The notes: generated by a model not told the origin, from the sequence alone. DNA of 64,000 nt from an uncultured Actinomycetes bacterium (GCA_963812205.1 CAWEUJ010000004.1:1257315-1321314); one strand, 5' to 3'; positions 38,566 to 47,984 are shown, counted from the stretch's first letter. Translations and numbers: made by a program.

Positions 38566-39984
38566 TCAGCCGTGGTACTCCGTCGCGGGGTCGATGGTGA
38601 TTGTCATTGCCGGTTTGGGAACGCCGGCGTTGCCCTTGTCGCAATCGAAGGTTCCGGGCTGGATCGGATCGACGCGGACAAACTTGTCGTTTTGAACCTG
38701 CATGGCGACCAGGCAGGTGCTCCCGATGCGACGCCCGACGTCGATGGGCGGGACCATGCCGCCGCCGTCGAAGCTATGCATGTTTCGCAGCGCAGTCAGG
38801 AGATTGGGACGGGTGATCGCGTTCGGGTTGTTGCCGTTCGCCTTCATCGCGTCGTTCACGGCCTGGGTAAAGATCTCACCGGCGATGAACGCCTGGGCGC
38901 CGAAGGCATCAGGCGTCTTGTCGTACTCGAGGAAGTTGTCGAGGGAGGCATTCGAGCCTTTGTCCTCGAAGGGCAGGAAGTTCAGCCATACGTACTGACC
39001 TTCGACCGCGCTGCCACCTTCGGAGATCAACCGGGCGTCGTAGCACTGTAGGGAGCAGTCCCAGGCCTTGACGGTGGAGACGCCCTGTACCTGTGCCTCC
39101 TTGCGCATGAGCACGGTGCTCTTGTAGTCGGACTCGCTGCGCGCGTACGTGGACGTGTGTTCCTTGATCGCTTGCACGACCTGCGTGTAGTCGGTCTGAA
39201 GCGCGGTGCCGCTCTCGCCGAACTCCGCATCGCTGGTGATGCCCATCTTGTTTTCGGCGCGGATGAGCGGCATCGAGGCCGCGATGGTGGACGGCAGGTC
39301 CTTCGGGATCACGAACACGCCGTGCAACGCGCTCGCGCCGAACTTGTTCAGGTAGTAGTCGTATTCGGTGCGGGCGACGTGCTCCGTGCGCGGGCCCTGG
39401 CCGCTGTACGGGCACGAGTAGCCAATCGGCAAAGCGACGAACGAGACGGGCGAGCACTGCTGCGCCGCCTCGGTCTGCAACTCGGCGATGTCGGGCAGCC
39501 CGATCGACTGACCCGCCTTGTCCTTGCAGCCGTTCATCACGCTCACGTCCTGTAAGAACAGCGCGGACGTACCGACAGTCGCGATCGAATCGCTACACGC
39601 GGTCGCGACCGCGTTCGCCGCGTCGGTCGGGCTCAGCTTCGCGTCGCCCTCCTTCACCACGACCTTGCGACACGCCAGGCCGCCCTGGGAGTTGATGTAG
39701 TCGCCCCAAGCCTTCATGCCGTCCCACGAACCCTTGAACAGCCCCGGCCGGATGGAGTTGTTCACGTCCGCGATGACCGTCACCGTGATCGTCGATGCCG
39801 TCACGCCCGTTTCGGTGCTCTGCAACGTCGCCGTCTTGCATACGTTGTTGGTTGTCGTCGGTGGCATCGTGGTGGCGCCCCCGAGGCCGCCGCCGTCATT
39901 GTTGCTGTTGGCGCTCTTGCCACCGCCACACGCGCTGACAACCAGTACCAAAGCCGTCGCGAAAACGTAGCAACGCAGCCGCAT
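38566..39984 (-). CDS. ABC-type solute-binding lipoprotein (LivJ/Peripla_BP_6-like)
   Basis: The start is MRLRCYVFATALVLVVSACGGG (lipobox VSAC). It has a Gly/Asn/Thr-rich linker and a type I periplasmic binding fold pattern. No permease or ATPase is adjacent. Confidence 0.75.
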   Translation of the reverse strand: MRLRCYVFATALVLVVSACGGGKSANSNNDGGGLGGATTMPPTTTNNVCKTATLQSTETGVTASTITVTVIADVNNSIRPGLFKGSWDGMKAWGDYINSQGGLACRKVVVKEGDAKLSPTDAANAVATACSDSIATVGTSALFLQDVSVMNGCKDKAGQSIGLPDIAELQTEAAQQCSPVSFVALPIGYSCPYSGQGPRTEHVARTEYDYYLNKFGASALHGVFVIPKDLPSTIAASMPLIRAENKMGITSDAEFGESGTALQTDYTQVVQAIKEHTSTYARSESDYKSTVLMRKEAQVQGVSTVKAWDCSLQCYDARLISEGGSAVEGQYVWLNFLPFEDKGSNASLDNFLEYDKTPDAFGAQAFIAGEIFTQAVNDAMKANGNNPNAITRPNLLTALRNMHSFDGGGMVPPIDVGRRIGSTCLVAMQVQNDKFVRVDPIQPGTFDCDKGNAGVPKPAMTITIDPATEYHG

Positions 39985-40125
39985 TCTGTCTCCCCCGGGG
40001 TTGTTTGACGGCCGAAGCGTACGGGTCGCCAAACCGGAAGATATGTGATGCTCCGCATCGGAAGACGCGCGAGAGACCCCGCGCGCTGCGGAGCGCGTTC
40101 CCGTTCGACGCGGCAGCCGGCCTGC

Positions 40126-41527
40126 CTATGGTTCGACGATGAACGTCGTCACCATGCCGAACATGCCGTTCGGTCCTTCGGCGTGCGTGAGGATGTGGCA
40201 GTGGAACGCCCAGATGCCGGGCGTGTTGTTCGGGCCGAGGAAGTCCGACGTCACGTGCACGAGTGTCGTAAAGCGTTGCCCCGGGGCGATCGACAGTGTG
40301 TCGACGGTGTACGGGGAGGCGAGGGGATAGCCGTCCTCGCCGATCACGAGTTGCGGCAGCCCGTGCAGGTGCATCGGGTGGATCTGTAGACCTTCGTTGA
40401 AGTAGTTGATCTCCACCCACTCGCCGACGTGTGCGATGACCGGTGCCGTTGCGGGGAACGACTTCCCGTTGAGCGACAGTCCGATCACGCCGGCGTCGTT
40501 GAGCACCATCGGTACGGTCTGGGTGACAGGCCCCGTGTTCGGCGGCAGCGCGGGGTCCCCGACTTGGAAGATCCCCAGCATTCCGTTCGGGACCTGCACC
40601 TGCGCGTCGTGGTGTGAGTGATACATGCCGAGCTCGGGCTTGTTGATCGTGAACGTCGTACGTGAAGCTCTTGCCCGGCTTGATCGGGGCTTGTGTGATG
40701 TCGGGGACGCCGTCCATGTTGAACGGCACCTCGAGCCCGTGGAAGTGCACTCCCGTCGACATCGGCAGCTTGTTGTCGACGACGATGCGCACGGGGTCAC
40801 CGACGTTGACCTTGATCGAAGGGCCCGGGACGGTGCCGTTGAACGTCCACGCGCGGACGGTCTTGCCCGGAGAAACCTCCCAGTTGGCGAGCTCGGCCGT
40901 GAGGTGGAACACCTTCGTCCCGTCGGGCAGAACCTGTGGGACGAGGGGCGTGTTGCCGACGCCCTTGGTGTTCGCGCCGTTCTTCAGTTGTTCGGTGTAG
41001 ACGTTCACGGCCTTCGCCATCGTGGCGTCCATCTGGTCGTTCATGGCCGAGAGCTGTTGGGGCGTCATGCTGTTGAAATCCATGTTCGCCATTCCCGACG
41101 CGCTCGACGCGGCGGCGCCGGAACCGCCGACGACGAGTGATGCCTGCATGCCCAGCTGTTGATGACCGGAGATCGCGCAGAACGCCGTGTAGCTGCCGGC
41201 CTCGAGTCCCTTGAGGTCGACGGTGGCCGACTCTCCCGGCTGCAGGTCCTTCGTGCGGATGTTCGTGCCCTGCACGTTGAAATTGTGCACGGCCGAGCCC
41301 GCATTCGTTACGACGAGTTTGCCGTTGAGCGGCGCGGAGATCGTCGCCGGGGTGATGGAGAACTCCGCCAACGTCACCTGCACCGCGCCCGCGGGCGATC
41401 CGATCTTCCGGCTGTCGGCGTGCGCCGCGACGACGAACGCGAGGAAGCCGAACATGAGCGCGACCAGCGCCAACGCGACACCGGCGGTTCCAACTGCTTC
41501 GCGATCGCGACGCGTGAACAAGGGCAC
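40126..41527 (-). pseudogene. Multicopper oxidase with N-terminal TM anchor and fused cupredoxin domain, frameshifted near 40657
   Basis: The upstream frame gives the TM, the type-1 site AFCAISGHQQLGM, GVHFHGLEV and ...IKPGKSFTY. The downstream frame (ORF 40126..40800) continues FTINKPELGMYHSHHDAQ, HPMHLHG and HCHILTHAEGPNGM. The junction TAC-GACG-TTC has one base too many. The start is GTG 41527, after GAGGAG. Confidence 0.8.
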
Positions 41528-41576
41528 GACTGATCTCCTCGAGGTAAACGGTGAAGGTGGACAGACGCAGGGCGCG

Positions 41577-42179
41577 TCAGCCGACGCTGACCGGAGTGCC
41601 CGGGCTCGCGGCGCCGACGACTGCGGTGAGCTCGAGGTGCTTGACCTGTCGTTCGTGGGCGAAGAACCCGAGAGCGAGCGCGAGCAGTACTGCAATCGCA
41701 CCGATGAGCGCGCCGAGCCCGACCCAGTACGCGATCTCGCCGACGACCGACCAACCCCACGCGTACAGCAACAGGCCGCGCAAGGTCTCACCGCGGAACA
41801 GTGTTTGGGTCTGGCCCGCGAGCTTCGCGTCGTTCGGGTTGGCTTGCGCGGCTGCGCTCACCTGCGAGTAGGTCTGGCCGTTCGCGATGCCCTTGAGGTG
41901 GACCTTGATGAACTGGTCCGCATAGGCCTTCGCCTTCGGACCGTTGTCGACCGCCTGGCCGGCATAGCGCTGCAGCCCCGGGAACTCGTTCGGAGCAAGT
42001 GCGGGCGTCCCCTTCGCGGGGAACCGGATCTGCTGTTCGGCGAGCTGGTTGTGCACCATGCGGTGCGCGAAGCCCGAACCCCACAGCAAGAGCCCGCTCC
42101 CGATGGAGAGGACGAGGAACAACACCGAACCGATGATTACCAAGGTCGGTACGGTCTTCAGCCATTTCGTGATTCGCAT
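41577..42179 (-). CDS. Hypothetical two-TM membrane protein
   Basis: The start MRITKWLKTVPTLVIIG has GAGGGGAG 5 nt upstream. There is a second TM near the C-terminus. No motif recognised. It lies 49 nt upstream of the multicopper oxidase gene. Confidence 0.5.
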   Translation of the reverse strand: MRITKWLKTVPTLVIIGSVLFLVLSIGSGLLLWGSGFAHRMVHNQLAEQQIRFPAKGTPALAPNEFPGLQRYAGQAVDNGPKAKAYADQFIKVHLKGIANGQTYSQVSAAAQANPNDAKLAGQTQTLFRGETLRGLLLYAWGWSVVGEIAYWVGLGALIGAIAVLLALALGFFAHERQVKHLELTAVVGAASPGTPVSVG

Positions 42180-42383
42180 TCCGGCTCCCCTCGCCAGAGT
42201 GACGCGCTCGATCAGCGCGTTCATGGGTTCATCGTGGTGGAGCTACGTGTTGGCGGGCAGGGGCGATGCGCCGGGATGAGCAGGGCCTTTCGACCCGCGG
42301 CGACGGGGCGTCGGCCTCTCGTGAGCTCGGGGGTGGCTCCGTAGCGTCGGTGCGAGCACCGCCACGAGCGGCGTATCCGATCC

Positions 42384-43652
42384 GTGTCCGAGGGAAGCCC
42401 GATGGCCAGCGAATACGGAGTGCATTCCGAGGTCGGCCGGCTCCGCCGTGCGATCGTGCATCGCCCGGGCCTGGAGTTGCATCGACTGACCCCGAGCAAC
42501 TGTGAGGCGCTGTTGTTCGACGACGTGCCCTGGGCCGCGAAAGCGCGTGAGGAGCACGACGCGTTCGCGCAGGTGCTCCGCGACCGCGACGTCGTGGTCG
42601 ACCACTTCGACGCGCTGTTCGCGCAGACACTCGAGATCCCGGAGGCGCGGGCCTTCGTGCTGGATCGCACGTGCAGCGCCGAACAGGTCGGGCCAATGCT
42701 GGCCGGACCGTTGCGCGAGCTGACCGACGGCGTCGAAGCCGCGACGTTGGCCGAGCTGCTCATCGGCGGGGTGACGCGCTCCGACCTGTCACCCCTGCAC
42801 GTGCGCAGTCTGCGCTGGCAGACCCTCGGCCTCGACGACTTCGTCCTCGCCCCGCTACCGAACACGTTGTTCCAGCGCGACAACTCCGCGTGGGTGTACG
42901 GCGGCGTCACGATCAACCCGATGGCCAAGGCCGCCCGGCAGCGCGAATCCCTGCACAGCCGGGCCGTCTACCGGTTCCACCCGATGTTCGCCGCCGCCAC
43001 ATTCCCCGTGTACTACGGCGACGACGACGTCGACCACCGACCGGCAACGCTCGAGGGCGGTGACATCCATGTCCTGGGGCGTGGAGTCGTGCTCATCGGG
43101 ATGGGCGAGCGCACGACCCCGATGGGCGTGGAGATCCTCAGCCGTGAGCTGTTTCGCACGCGTCAGGCCGAGACGGTCATCGCGGTGCAGCTCCCGAAGT
43201 CGCACGCGCTGATGCACCTCGACACCTTGTTGACCATGATCGACCTCGACACGTTCGTCCGCTACCCCTACCTCGACCCCGCCACGATGCGGGCCTTCGT
43301 GGTCACGCCCGCCGACATCGAAGAGGTCGTCGAACACGACACCGGTGGGCTGCACGTCGAGCCTCGCGACGACCTGTTCGGTGCCATCGCCGAAGCACTC
43401 GGTGTCGACAAGGTGCGCGTCCTGTCCGCCGACGAGGACGCGCGTGCCGCCGAGCGGGAGCAGTGGGACGACGCGATCAACTTCCTCGCCGTCGCCCCGG
43501 GCGTCGTCGTCGGCTACGAGCGCAACACCGTCACCAACGCGATGCTGCGTGATCACGGCATCGAAGTCGTCAGCATCCCGGGCAGCGAGCTCGGCCGCGG
43601 GCGAGGCGGGGCTCGCTGCATGACCTGCCCGATCGAACGCGACGGGATCTGA
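42384..43652 (+). CDS. arcA: Arginine deiminase
   Basis: 422 aa. It has [18 protein letters not shown]...FDDVPW...EGGD...[10 protein letters not shown] (catalytic Cys motif). An alternative start is at 42402. Confidence 0.9.
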   Translation: MSEGSPMASEYGVHSEVGRLRRAIVHRPGLELHRLTPSNCEALLFDDVPWAAKAREEHDAFAQVLRDRDVVVDHFDALFAQTLEIPEARAFVLDRTCSAEQVGPMLAGPLRELTDGVEAATLAELLIGGVTRSDLSPLHVRSLRWQTLGLDDFVLAPLPNTLFQRDNSAWVYGGVTINPMAKAARQRESLHSRAVYRFHPMFAAATFPVYYGDDDVDHRPATLEGGDIHVLGRGVVLIGMGERTTPMGVEILSRELFRTRQAETVIAVQLPKSHALMHLDTLLTMIDLDTFVRYPYLDPATMRAFVVTPADIEEVVEHDTGGLHVEPRDDLFGAIAEALGVDKVRVLSADEDARAAEREQWDDAINFLAVAPGVVVGYERNTVTNAMLRDHGIEVVSIPGSELGRGRGGARCMTCPIERDGI

Positions 43653-43653
43653 G

Positions 43654-44559
43654 ATGCTGATCGTCGCGGCCCTCGGTGGCAACGCCTTGCTCCGGCGCAA
43701 CGAATCCCTCGACTCCGAGGTGACGCAGCGCAACGTGAAGGTCGCCGCTGCGGCGCTCTCGGACATCGCTCGCGAGCATCAACTCGTCATCACGCACGGG
43801 AACGGGCCGCAGATCGGATTGCTCGCGTTACAGAGCGAGGCGTTCCGCGACGTGCGCACCTACCCGCTCGACGTGCTCGGCGCGGAGAGCGAAGGCATGA
43901 TCGGCTACCTGCTCGAACGCGAGCTCGGGAACGCGCTCGGCGAACGCCCGGTCGCTTCACTCATCACGCAGACGGTGGTCGACGCGCTCGACCCGGCCTT
44001 CCGGCGGCCGACCAAGCCAATCGGTCCTGTCTACGACGCAGCCCGGGCGAAGTCGTTGGCGCGAGAGCGCGGCTGGACGGTCGCGGCCGACGGCAAGGGC
44101 TGGCGGCGCGTGGTCGCGTCGCCGACCCCGCGCTCGATCGTCGAGCTGCCCACCATCCGCTTGCTGCTCGACCACGGAGTACTCGTCATCTGCGCCGGCG
44201 GCGGAGGGGTACCGGTGGTGGTCGACTCGGCCGGCGTCCGCCACGGCGTCGAGGCGGTCGTCGACAAGGACCTGGCCAGCGCGTTGCTCGCACGGCAGCT
44301 CTCGGCGGATCTCTTGCTGTTGTTGACCGACGTGCCCGCGGTCGAGGTCGAGTGGGGGACGCCGGCCGCCCGGCCTCTGGGAACGGTCACGCCCGCCGAG
44401 TTGCAGCGATACCGGTTCGCGGCGGGTTCCATGGCGCCCAAGATCGAGGCCGCGTCGGCGTTCGTCCGGTCGACGCGCTGCCGGGCCACGATCGGGGCGC
44501 TCGGCGACGCCTACGCACTCGTTCAGGGAACGGCGGGAACCTCGGTGGTGAGCGGCTAA
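43654..44559 (+). CDS. arcC: Carbamate kinase
   Basis: 301 aa. It has MLIVAALGGNALL...ITHGNGPQIG...GGGGVPVV...AVVDKDLAS. Confidence 0.9.
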   Translation: MLIVAALGGNALLRRNESLDSEVTQRNVKVAAAALSDIAREHQLVITHGNGPQIGLLALQSEAFRDVRTYPLDVLGAESEGMIGYLLERELGNALGERPVASLITQTVVDALDPAFRRPTKPIGPVYDAARAKSLARERGWTVAADGKGWRRVVASPTPRSIVELPTIRLLLDHGVLVICAGGGGVPVVVDSAGVRHGVEAVVDKDLASALLARQLSADLLLLLTDVPAVEVEWGTPAARPLGTVTPAELQRYRFAAGSMAPKIEAASAFVRSTRCRATIGALGDAYALVQGTAGTSVVSG

Positions 44560-44573
44560 GAGGCCTGACGGAC

Positions 44574-44587
44574 GGGCAAGGCGGCCC
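44574..44587. promoter_or_regulatory. Weak DosR-box-like element GGGCA-AGGC-GGCCC upstream of the DevR-like gene
   Basis: It has the architecture GGGnn-N4-GnCCC, about 55 nt upstream of the ATG at 44639. It is degenerate relative to the M. tuberculosis consensus GGGAC-N4-GTCCC. Confidence 0.2.
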
Positions 44588-44638
44588 CCTCCGGCTGCCG
44601 GGCGCTACTGTCGGGCGGCCGGCGACCGGGGAAATTCG

Positions 44639-45298
44639 ATGGGTATTCGCGTATTCTTGTTGGACGACCACGAGATCGTTCGGCGCGGCGTTCGTGAGCT
44701 GCTCGAAGCGGACGACGAGATCGAGGTGGTCGGCGAGGCGAGTACGGCCGAGGAGGGCGTGGCCCGGATCCCGGCGACCAAGCCCGACGTGGCGATCATC
44801 GACATGCGGCTGCCCGACGGCAATGGCGTCGAGGTCTGCCGGGAGGTGCGCTCGCTCGACGGCTCGATCCAGTGCCTGATCCTCACGTCGTTCTCCGACG
44901 ACGAAGCGCTGTTCGACTCGATCATGGCCGGCGCGGCCGGCTATCTGCTCAAACAGATCAAAGGGACCGATCTCGTCGACGCCGTCCGGAGAGTCGCGGG
45001 CGGCCAGTCGTTGCTCGACCCGAGTGTGACGGCCCGCGTGCTCGAGCGCCTGCGCACCGGTCCCGAGGAAGACCCGCGACTCGCGCGGCTCACCGACCAG
45101 GAACGCAAGATCCTCGATCTCATCGCCGAAGGCCTCACGAATCGCCAAATCGGTGAGCGCCTGTTCCTCGCCGAGAAGACGGTGAAGAACTACGTGTCGA
45201 ATCTGCTCTCGAAGCTCGGCATGGAACGCCGCACGGAGGCGGCCGTTTTCGCGGCCAAGTTGTCGGCCCAGCGAAGGCCCGAGGCCCCTCCCGAATAG
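44639..45298 (+). CDS. devR: NarL/LuxR-family response regulator, DevR/DosR orthologue
   Basis: 219 aa, collinear with M. tuberculosis DevR as I recall it (VFLLDDHEIVRRG, PDVAIIDMRLPDGNG, LTDQERKILDLIAEGLTNRQIGERLFLAEKTVKNYVSNLLSKLGMERRTEAAVFAA). Confidence 0.85.
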   Translation: MGIRVFLLDDHEIVRRGVRELLEADDEIEVVGEASTAEEGVARIPATKPDVAIIDMRLPDGNGVEVCREVRSLDGSIQCLILTSFSDDEALFDSIMAGAAGYLLKQIKGTDLVDAVRRVAGGQSLLDPSVTARVLERLRTGPEEDPRLARLTDQERKILDLIAEGLTNRQIGERLFLAEKTVKNYVSNLLSKLGMERRTEAAVFAAKLSAQRRPEAPPE

Positions 45299-45347
45299 GT
45301 GACCATCGGCCCTGGTCCCCGCGCGCGCCCCGGTGGATCATCCGTAA

Positions 45348-45800
45348 ATGAGCACGAAGATCGACCGTAGAACCGGTCTCGAAGAGCTCGATCGGGACGA
45401 ATGTCTCCGGTTGGCCGCTTCGGCGCCGCTCGGTCGCCTCGCCGTCGTCGTCGCCGGGCGACCGCTCGTGTTTCCGGTGAACTTCGCGTTCGACGGAGAC
45501 GCGATCGTGTTGCGCACCGACGCGGGCACCAAGCTCCACGGCGCGCGCAACGGCCCGGTCGCCTTCGAGTGCGACGGTATCGACGGCTTGTTCCACACGG
45601 GCTGGAGTGTCCTCGTCCTCGCCGTCGCCGAAGAAGTCCGCGATCCCGTCGAGATCGCCCGGCTCGAGCAGCTGCCGCTCGGTCCGTGGTGCCCCGGTCC
45701 GCATTCGACCTGGTTGCGGCTCCGGAGCCAATCGGTCACCGGGCGTCGCATCCCGCCCCACGGTCGCACCATTACGGAGGAGGAGTTGCCATGTCGTTGA
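45348..45800 (+). CDS. Pyridoxamine 5'-phosphate oxidase-like (PPOX/Pyridox_ox_2, probably F420/FMN-binding) protein, paralogue 1
   Basis: 150 aa. It has ELDRDECLRLAASAPLGRLAVVVAGRPLVFPVNFAFDGDAIVLRT...GWSVLVLAVA. Three further genes in the window share this pattern. Confidence 0.8.
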   Translation: MSTKIDRRTGLEELDRDECLRLAASAPLGRLAVVVAGRPLVFPVNFAFDGDAIVLRTDAGTKLHGARNGPVAFECDGIDGLFHTGWSVLVLAVAEEVRDPVEIARLEQLPLGPWCPGPHSTWLRLRSQSVTGRRIPPHGRTITEEELPCR

Positions 45801-46432
45801 ACATCATGGTCCTGGAGAGTGACCGGGGCGCCGCCGACAAGGCCGTCCAGGATCTGACCGATGCCGGCCATGTCGTGCTCAGATGCCACGAGCCCGATGC
45901 GCCCGCATTTCCGTGCCGTGGGCTCGAGGATCAGTCGGCATGCCCGCTGCGCTCACATGCCATCGACGTGGCGCTGACAGTGCGGTCGCGGCCGCGTGCG
46001 CAACCGGCGCCGCACGAGGACGGCGTGCGCTGTGCGCTCATGCATCGCGTCCCGCTCGTCGTCGCCGGCCCCGCGGTACTCGATCCGTACGACGAGTACG
46101 AGATGCGCGTGCTGGATCGCGGCGACGACGTCGTCGGCGCGATCGAAGAGGTCGCGGCGAGCGAGCTGCCGCGTCACACCCGTATCGCGACCGAGGCGCT
46201 GGCCGCGTCGCGAACCCCGAACGCGGCGCTGGCCGGCGCCCGGGCCTCGGTGACACGCCGGCGGGGCAGTCTCCTCGCATCGGTCAGCGGTCTCGACAGC
46301 CTCACGCCCCACCAACGCGATGCGGCGATCGTGCGGATGCTGGCGAAGCTACGGGAGTACGACTCGTCGGCGCGAGGCATCGACGTCATTCACGAGGGCT
46401 CCGGGGCGAGTGGGACGCGCCACTCGATCTGA
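45791..46432 (+). CDS. Hypothetical protein (receiver-like N-terminal beta-alpha pattern, no recognisable motif)
   Basis: 213 aa from MSLNIMVLESDRGAADKAVQDLTDAGHVVLRCH, with GGAGGAGG RBS. It overlaps the PPOX stop by 10 nt and the convergent kinase 3' end by 43 nt. Confidence 0.5.
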   Translation: MSLNIMVLESDRGAADKAVQDLTDAGHVVLRCHEPDAPAFPCRGLEDQSACPLRSHAIDVALTVRSRPRAQPAPHEDGVRCALMHRVPLVVAGPAVLDPYDEYEMRVLDRGDDVVGAIEEVAASELPRHTRIATEALAASRTPNAALAGARASVTRRRGSLLASVSGLDSLTPHQRDAAIVRMLAKLREYDSSARGIDVIHEGSGASGTRHSI

Positions 46433-47418
46433 GTCCCGCCCGCGCTCGACAACCGGCTGACCTCGCACGCTCCGCCGAACGTGATGGCGCGCTCGGCCAT
46501 GTTCTGCAAGCCGCTTCCTACGTCGTGACCGTCGATCCCGACCCCGTTGTCGGACACCACCAAGACGAGTTGGCGCGGGCCGGCCGCGAGTTCGACGCTG
46601 ACCTTCGACGCGTGCGCGTGCCGGGTCACGTTGCTGAGCGCCTCGCGCAATGTCGCGAGGACGTGTTCTCGGATCGCGTTCGTCGTGACCGTGTCGACGG
46701 GACCGTCGAACGAAACCGACGGCTCGAAGCCCAATGCGCGGCCGGCTTCGCGAGCGACGTCGAGGACGTCGTCGCGCAGGCTCTGCGCAAGGGGCCGTCG
46801 CGTGTGCAACGCGAAGATCGACGACCGTATCTCGCGGATCGTCGTGTCGATCTCGTCGATCGCGAGCTGCACGCGCTCGAGGGCCGGGTCGTTCGGCCGG
46901 CTGAGCGCGGCTTGCAAGGAGAGCCCGACCGCGAAGAGCCGTTGGATCACCGTGTCGTGGAGATCGCGGGCGATGCGTTCCCGGTCGTCGACCAGTGCAA
47001 GCTCCTCGTGCGCGCGTCGGAGCTCCTCGTCGGCCGCCCGCCGTTCCGCGACGTCGCGGATCATCACCACGACGAGGAGCCCGTTCTCGGTGCGCAGCGG
47101 GCTCAAGCTGATCTCGACGGGGAACTCGGTACCCGAGTGGCGGCGCCCGTGCAGATCGAGCCCGGTTCCCATCGATCGGGTGCGGGGATGCGCGGCGTAT
47201 TCCGCTCGCCGGCCGGCGTGCGGGGCGCGCACGGCCTCGGGCAGCAGGACGTCTACCGACTCACCGACGAGGTCTGCGAGCGCATACTCGAAGAGTCGCT
47301 CGACCATCGGGTTGGCGAAGAGGATCGTTCCCTTCTCGTCCACCACGAGGATGCCGTCGGGAGCCGCATTGAGAGTCTGGCGGAGCACATCGTCCGAGAG
47401 CGGTGATTCCGATGACAT
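46390..47418 (-). CDS. Soluble PAS-HisKA_3-HATPase sensor histidine kinase
   Basis: 342 aa from MSSESPLSDD, with GAGGAA RBS. It has a PAS domain (APDGILVVDEKGTILFANPMVERLF), the H-box DRERIARDLHDTVIQRLF, and an ATPase domain (VSDNGVGI...GSGLQNM). No TM or GAF domains. Confidence 0.85.
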   Translation of the reverse strand: MSSESPLSDDVLRQTLNAAPDGILVVDEKGTILFANPMVERLFEYALADLVGESVDVLLPEAVRAPHAGRRAEYAAHPRTRSMGTGLDLHGRRHSGTEFPVEISLSPLRTENGLLVVVMIRDVAERRAADEELRRAHEELALVDDRERIARDLHDTVIQRLFAVGLSLQAALSRPNDPALERVQLAIDEIDTTIREIRSSIFALHTRRPLAQSLRDDVLDVAREAGRALGFEPSVSFDGPVDTVTTNAIREHVLATLREALSNVTRHAHASKVSVELAAGPRQLVLVVSDNGVGIDGHDVGSGLQNMAERAITFGGACEVSRLSSAGGTQIEWRVPLAPEPS

Positions 47419-47464
47419 CGTTCCTCGGGCCTTTGTCACTGCACGTTGGTAACGCGAGGATCTT

Positions 47465-47481
47465 GGTCCAGAATTTGGACC
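47465..47481. promoter_or_regulatory. Perfect palindrome GGTCCA-GAATT-TGGACC in the divergent kinase/PPOX intergenic region
   Basis: Read directly. It is a 17-bp site with 6-bp perfect arms, in the most AT-rich patch of the intergenic region. It lies 47 nt from the kinase start and 60 nt from the PPOX start. Confidence 0.4.
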
Positions 47482-47540
47482 CGGGTTGATTGGCCTTTCG
47501 GCCCTGCCCGGTGGCGGGGTCACCGTCGAGACTAGACACG

Positions 47541-47984
47541 ATGACGGACGCGAGCATCTTGTCCAATCCCGGTGATGGATTCGTCCCGTTGACGGACGCG
47601 GAATGCCGGGCCCTGCTCGGGACACGGACCTTCGGTCGCATCGGGATGACGAGCGGCGGCCTGCCCGTGATCCTCCCGGTCCGCTACATCTACGCCGACG
47701 ACACGATCACGTTCCGCACCGGCAACGATGTGAAGCTGCGGGCCGCGGGGAACGGTGACGTGCTCGCGTTCGAGGTCGACGCGTACGACGCCGGGGCCGA
47801 CGACGGTTGGACGGTGCTCGTTCTGGGCCGAGCGACTGTGCTCACGACCGAGCACGAGCACGACGGGCTTCCGACGCTCGATCCGCCCTCCACCGGCAGA
47901 CCTCGCAGCCATTACGTGCGGCTGAATTGCGAACTCCTCAGTGGCCGGCGTCTCACGCCGCCGATCGCCACCCGGAGGGCCTGA
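47541..47984 (+). CDS. PPOX-like protein, paralogue 2
   Basis: It has LTDAECRALLGTRTFGRIGMTSGGLPVILPVRYIYADDTITFRT...GWTVLVLGRA. Confidence 0.8.
   Translation: MTDASILSNPGDGFVPLTDAECRALLGTRTFGRIGMTSGGLPVILPVRYIYADDTITFRTGNDVKLRAAGNGDVLAFEVDAYDAGADDGWTVLVLGRATVLTTEHEHDGLPTLDPPSTGRPRSHYVRLNCELLSGRRLTPPIATRRA

Noticed and set aside
2165-40670. Programmed ribosomal frameshifting or recoding as an explanation for the six split genes
   Set aside because: No slippery heptamer (X XXY YYZ), poly-A/T run or downstream structure is evident at any junction. The affected families (GcvP, PiT, E1-beta, ABC ATPase, USP, MCO) are not known to use recoding.
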